64,000 bases of DNA, taken from Selaginella moellendorffii (Eukaryota; Plantae; Lycopodiophyta). Both the position numbers and the translations under genes were made by a program. The stretch is from NCBI RefSeq assembly GCF_000143415.4, contig NW_003314272.1:2319728-2383727 (forward strand), given 5' to 3'. The notes under the pieces are model-generated. The model ran no database searches. It saw only the letters and a list, made by a program, of their open reading frames with translations, and was not told the origin of the DNA. Position 1 is the stretch's first letter; the number at the start of each line of letters is the position of its first letter. Positions 62,018-64,000 of this stretch are shown piece after piece.

Positions 62018-63557
62018 CCTAGACTCTAGGGGGTTTAATGAGCTCCAAAAGGATAGTAAGGGGAGGACTTCAATGGAACTAGTTTAGCTAGGAAAGGCTA
62101 ATATGATTATGGAAAGTTATAAATCATTAAGTCCTATTGATCTCTAGGATTTTCTCACTATGTGACCATATTTTTAGTCACTATACAAGAGGATTGCTCC
62201 TCTTCCTTTACACAATTTAGAACTTTAGGACAACATTTTGAAACACCGTGGCCTTACACAAACTTTATAGGTACTTTCCCCACCTTCCACTCTTAGGTGC
62301 TCTAGCCATATGGCTAAAATTAGGTTCCGATGAGCTACACTAGATATCTAAGTAGGTAATGCCACCTATATTTAATTAGGAGCATTGACTATTCAATCTC
62401 CTACCAACTCTTAAACATTTTACTAAGTTACCCCACTTGTCCATTTGTGTTCATTCTGGCCTTGGACTCCTCAGTGGTTATATCATCACCCAACACATGA
62501 GTAGGGCCTTTGGGCCCTAACCCAGTGATATTGTCAACAAGCATGGCCGTGGATGGAAAGGGACTTGGTAGGGACTAAAGAAGTGACATTAAGGAAGGTG
62601 TAAGTGACTAATTTTTCCATTCTACTTTAGTCATTTAACCACACTTTCGACTACTTGGAAAAGTCTCATTTACAACTTCTATAAGTCCAATTCAGGACTT
62701 GAGGCTTGCTAACCCCGAGAATGGCATCCATGCCACTCAACCTTTGCACTTGGTCCAAGTGCTCCACATGTCCGATCCCATGATCGACACCAAAGGTATC
62801 ACTGACATATCAGTTTGTTATGCTAAGACCATGTCTATTCACCTTTGTCATATTGGTGATCCAACACCACCTATATCATAGTCCTATCTCTCAAAGACTA
62901 GGCCATCTTTCCATGAATGGTCATCTTAGATCCACTCTTTAGCATCCTTAGGATGCTCGTAAACATAGGGAATAACCTTCTCCAATATCCATTTTTCAAT
63001 CCCCTCTAAGTCCCTTTTTGTCTATGGCCGTATTTGCCAACACTGCCATTGGATCAAGGCTCACAGGCCCGACCACTAAGTCCTCTTATTATTTAGGACT
63101 TACTCACTATGTGATTGCATCCTTGGTCACTACACCAAAGGACTACTCCTCTTCATTTTCACTATCTGGGAATTTGGGATAACATTTTGGAACATCATGG
63201 CCCTATGCAGGCCTCATGGGTACCCTCCCCACCTTCTGCCTTTGGGTGCTCTAGCCATGAGGTTAGAGTGAGGTTCCGTTGAGCCATGCCAGGTATCCAA
63301 GTAAGTAGTGCCACCCATGCTTGGACTGGGAGCATCGACCATTTGATATCTCGAAGGAACTAGAGTCAACTCTTGAACATTTTACCAAGCTACCCCATTT
63401 GTTAGTCTATATTCACTTTAGCTTTGGACTTCCTAGTGGTTATTTCATCACCCAACATCTGGGTACAACCTTCCTAGGCCAAATTGGCTCCACTGGGGTC
63501 CAACCCCCACACTCTCCTTACTATACTTTTGGAACCCCTTGCAGCCACCCCCCCCCT

Positions 63558-64000
63558 GGGGGATGATCGCTTTGGGCTTTCACCCAATAGCCTGTATTAG
63601 TATTCAGACTTGGACTCGAACTCGAACTCAGACTCAAACTCAGTCTTGGTCTTGGTTTTGAACTCGAATTCGAACTCGGTCTTGGTCTTGGTCTCGGTCT
63701 TAGTCTAAGTTCCATCTCGGACTCCATCTCAAACTCCATCTTGGGTCCATCTCGGGTCTATCTCGAGTCCATCTCAGACTCCATCTCGAACTCCATCTCA
63801 GGTCCATCTCGGACTCCATCTCAGACTCCATCTCGGACTCTATTTCGGGTCCATCTCGAACTCCATCTTAGACTCCATCTCGGGTCCATCTCAGGTCCAT
63901 CTCGGACTCCATCTCGGATCCATCTCAGGTTCATCTCAGACTCCATCTCGGGTCCATCTCGGACTCCACCTTGGATCCATCTCAGACTCCATCTCGGGTC
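63558..64000 (-). repeat. Well-preserved 12-bp tandem array (TCCATCTCGGAC/GG) plus 6-bp array, running off the window
   Basis: More than 20 units of tccatctcRRNN; preceded by gatgatcgctttgggctttcac. Confidence 0.85.

Larger units (their letters stand above)
58498..64000. mobile_element. AT-rich degenerate transposon/repeat region
   Basis: No intact ORFs; tandem 12-bp and 6-bp arrays; degenerate direct repeats (~62150-62520 vs ~63100-63480); weak gypsy-protease-like RLSGMDAILG on the minus strand near 62710-62750. Confidence 0.55.

Overview
Gene-dense, intron-containing eukaryotic DNA from an early-diverging land plant. The ~50-70 nt GT-AG introns, very short intergenic gaps, and many PLS-class PPR genes (SS arrays, a DYW:WW-type protein) suggest a lycophyte such as Selaginella; this is an inference. 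Conserved genes: mitochondrial citrate synthase, ER-type Ca2+-ATPase, GH28 polygalacturonase, P- and PLS-class PPRs, a KAI2/D14-family hydrolase, RPN7, an AGP-like protein, a GAT1_2.1-like amidotransferase, a GC3/4-type golgin, a URGT transporter and a RecQ helicase. The most striking element is invisible in the ORF track. A 13-exon minus-strand gene at 312-2400 splices into a ~465-aa protein with a beta-strand-rich, outer-envelope-barrel-like N-terminal half. Its C-terminal half is an N-acetylmuramoyl-L-alanine amidase (Amidase_3)-like domain with all four Zn/catalytic residues, making it a candidate envelope-anchored plastid peptidoglycan hydrolase. Also notable: three microbial-type isocyanide-hydratase-like DJ-1 genes; a ~5.7-kb microhomology-mediated tandem duplication whose junction creates a new in-frame PPR start; a methylation-eroded MULE/SWIM relic; a divergent Dof-like factor; a phased 4x G-box array; and a degenerate TE region at the right end. 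All exon models were deduced by eye from splice consensus and reading frame and need RNA-seq confirmation.
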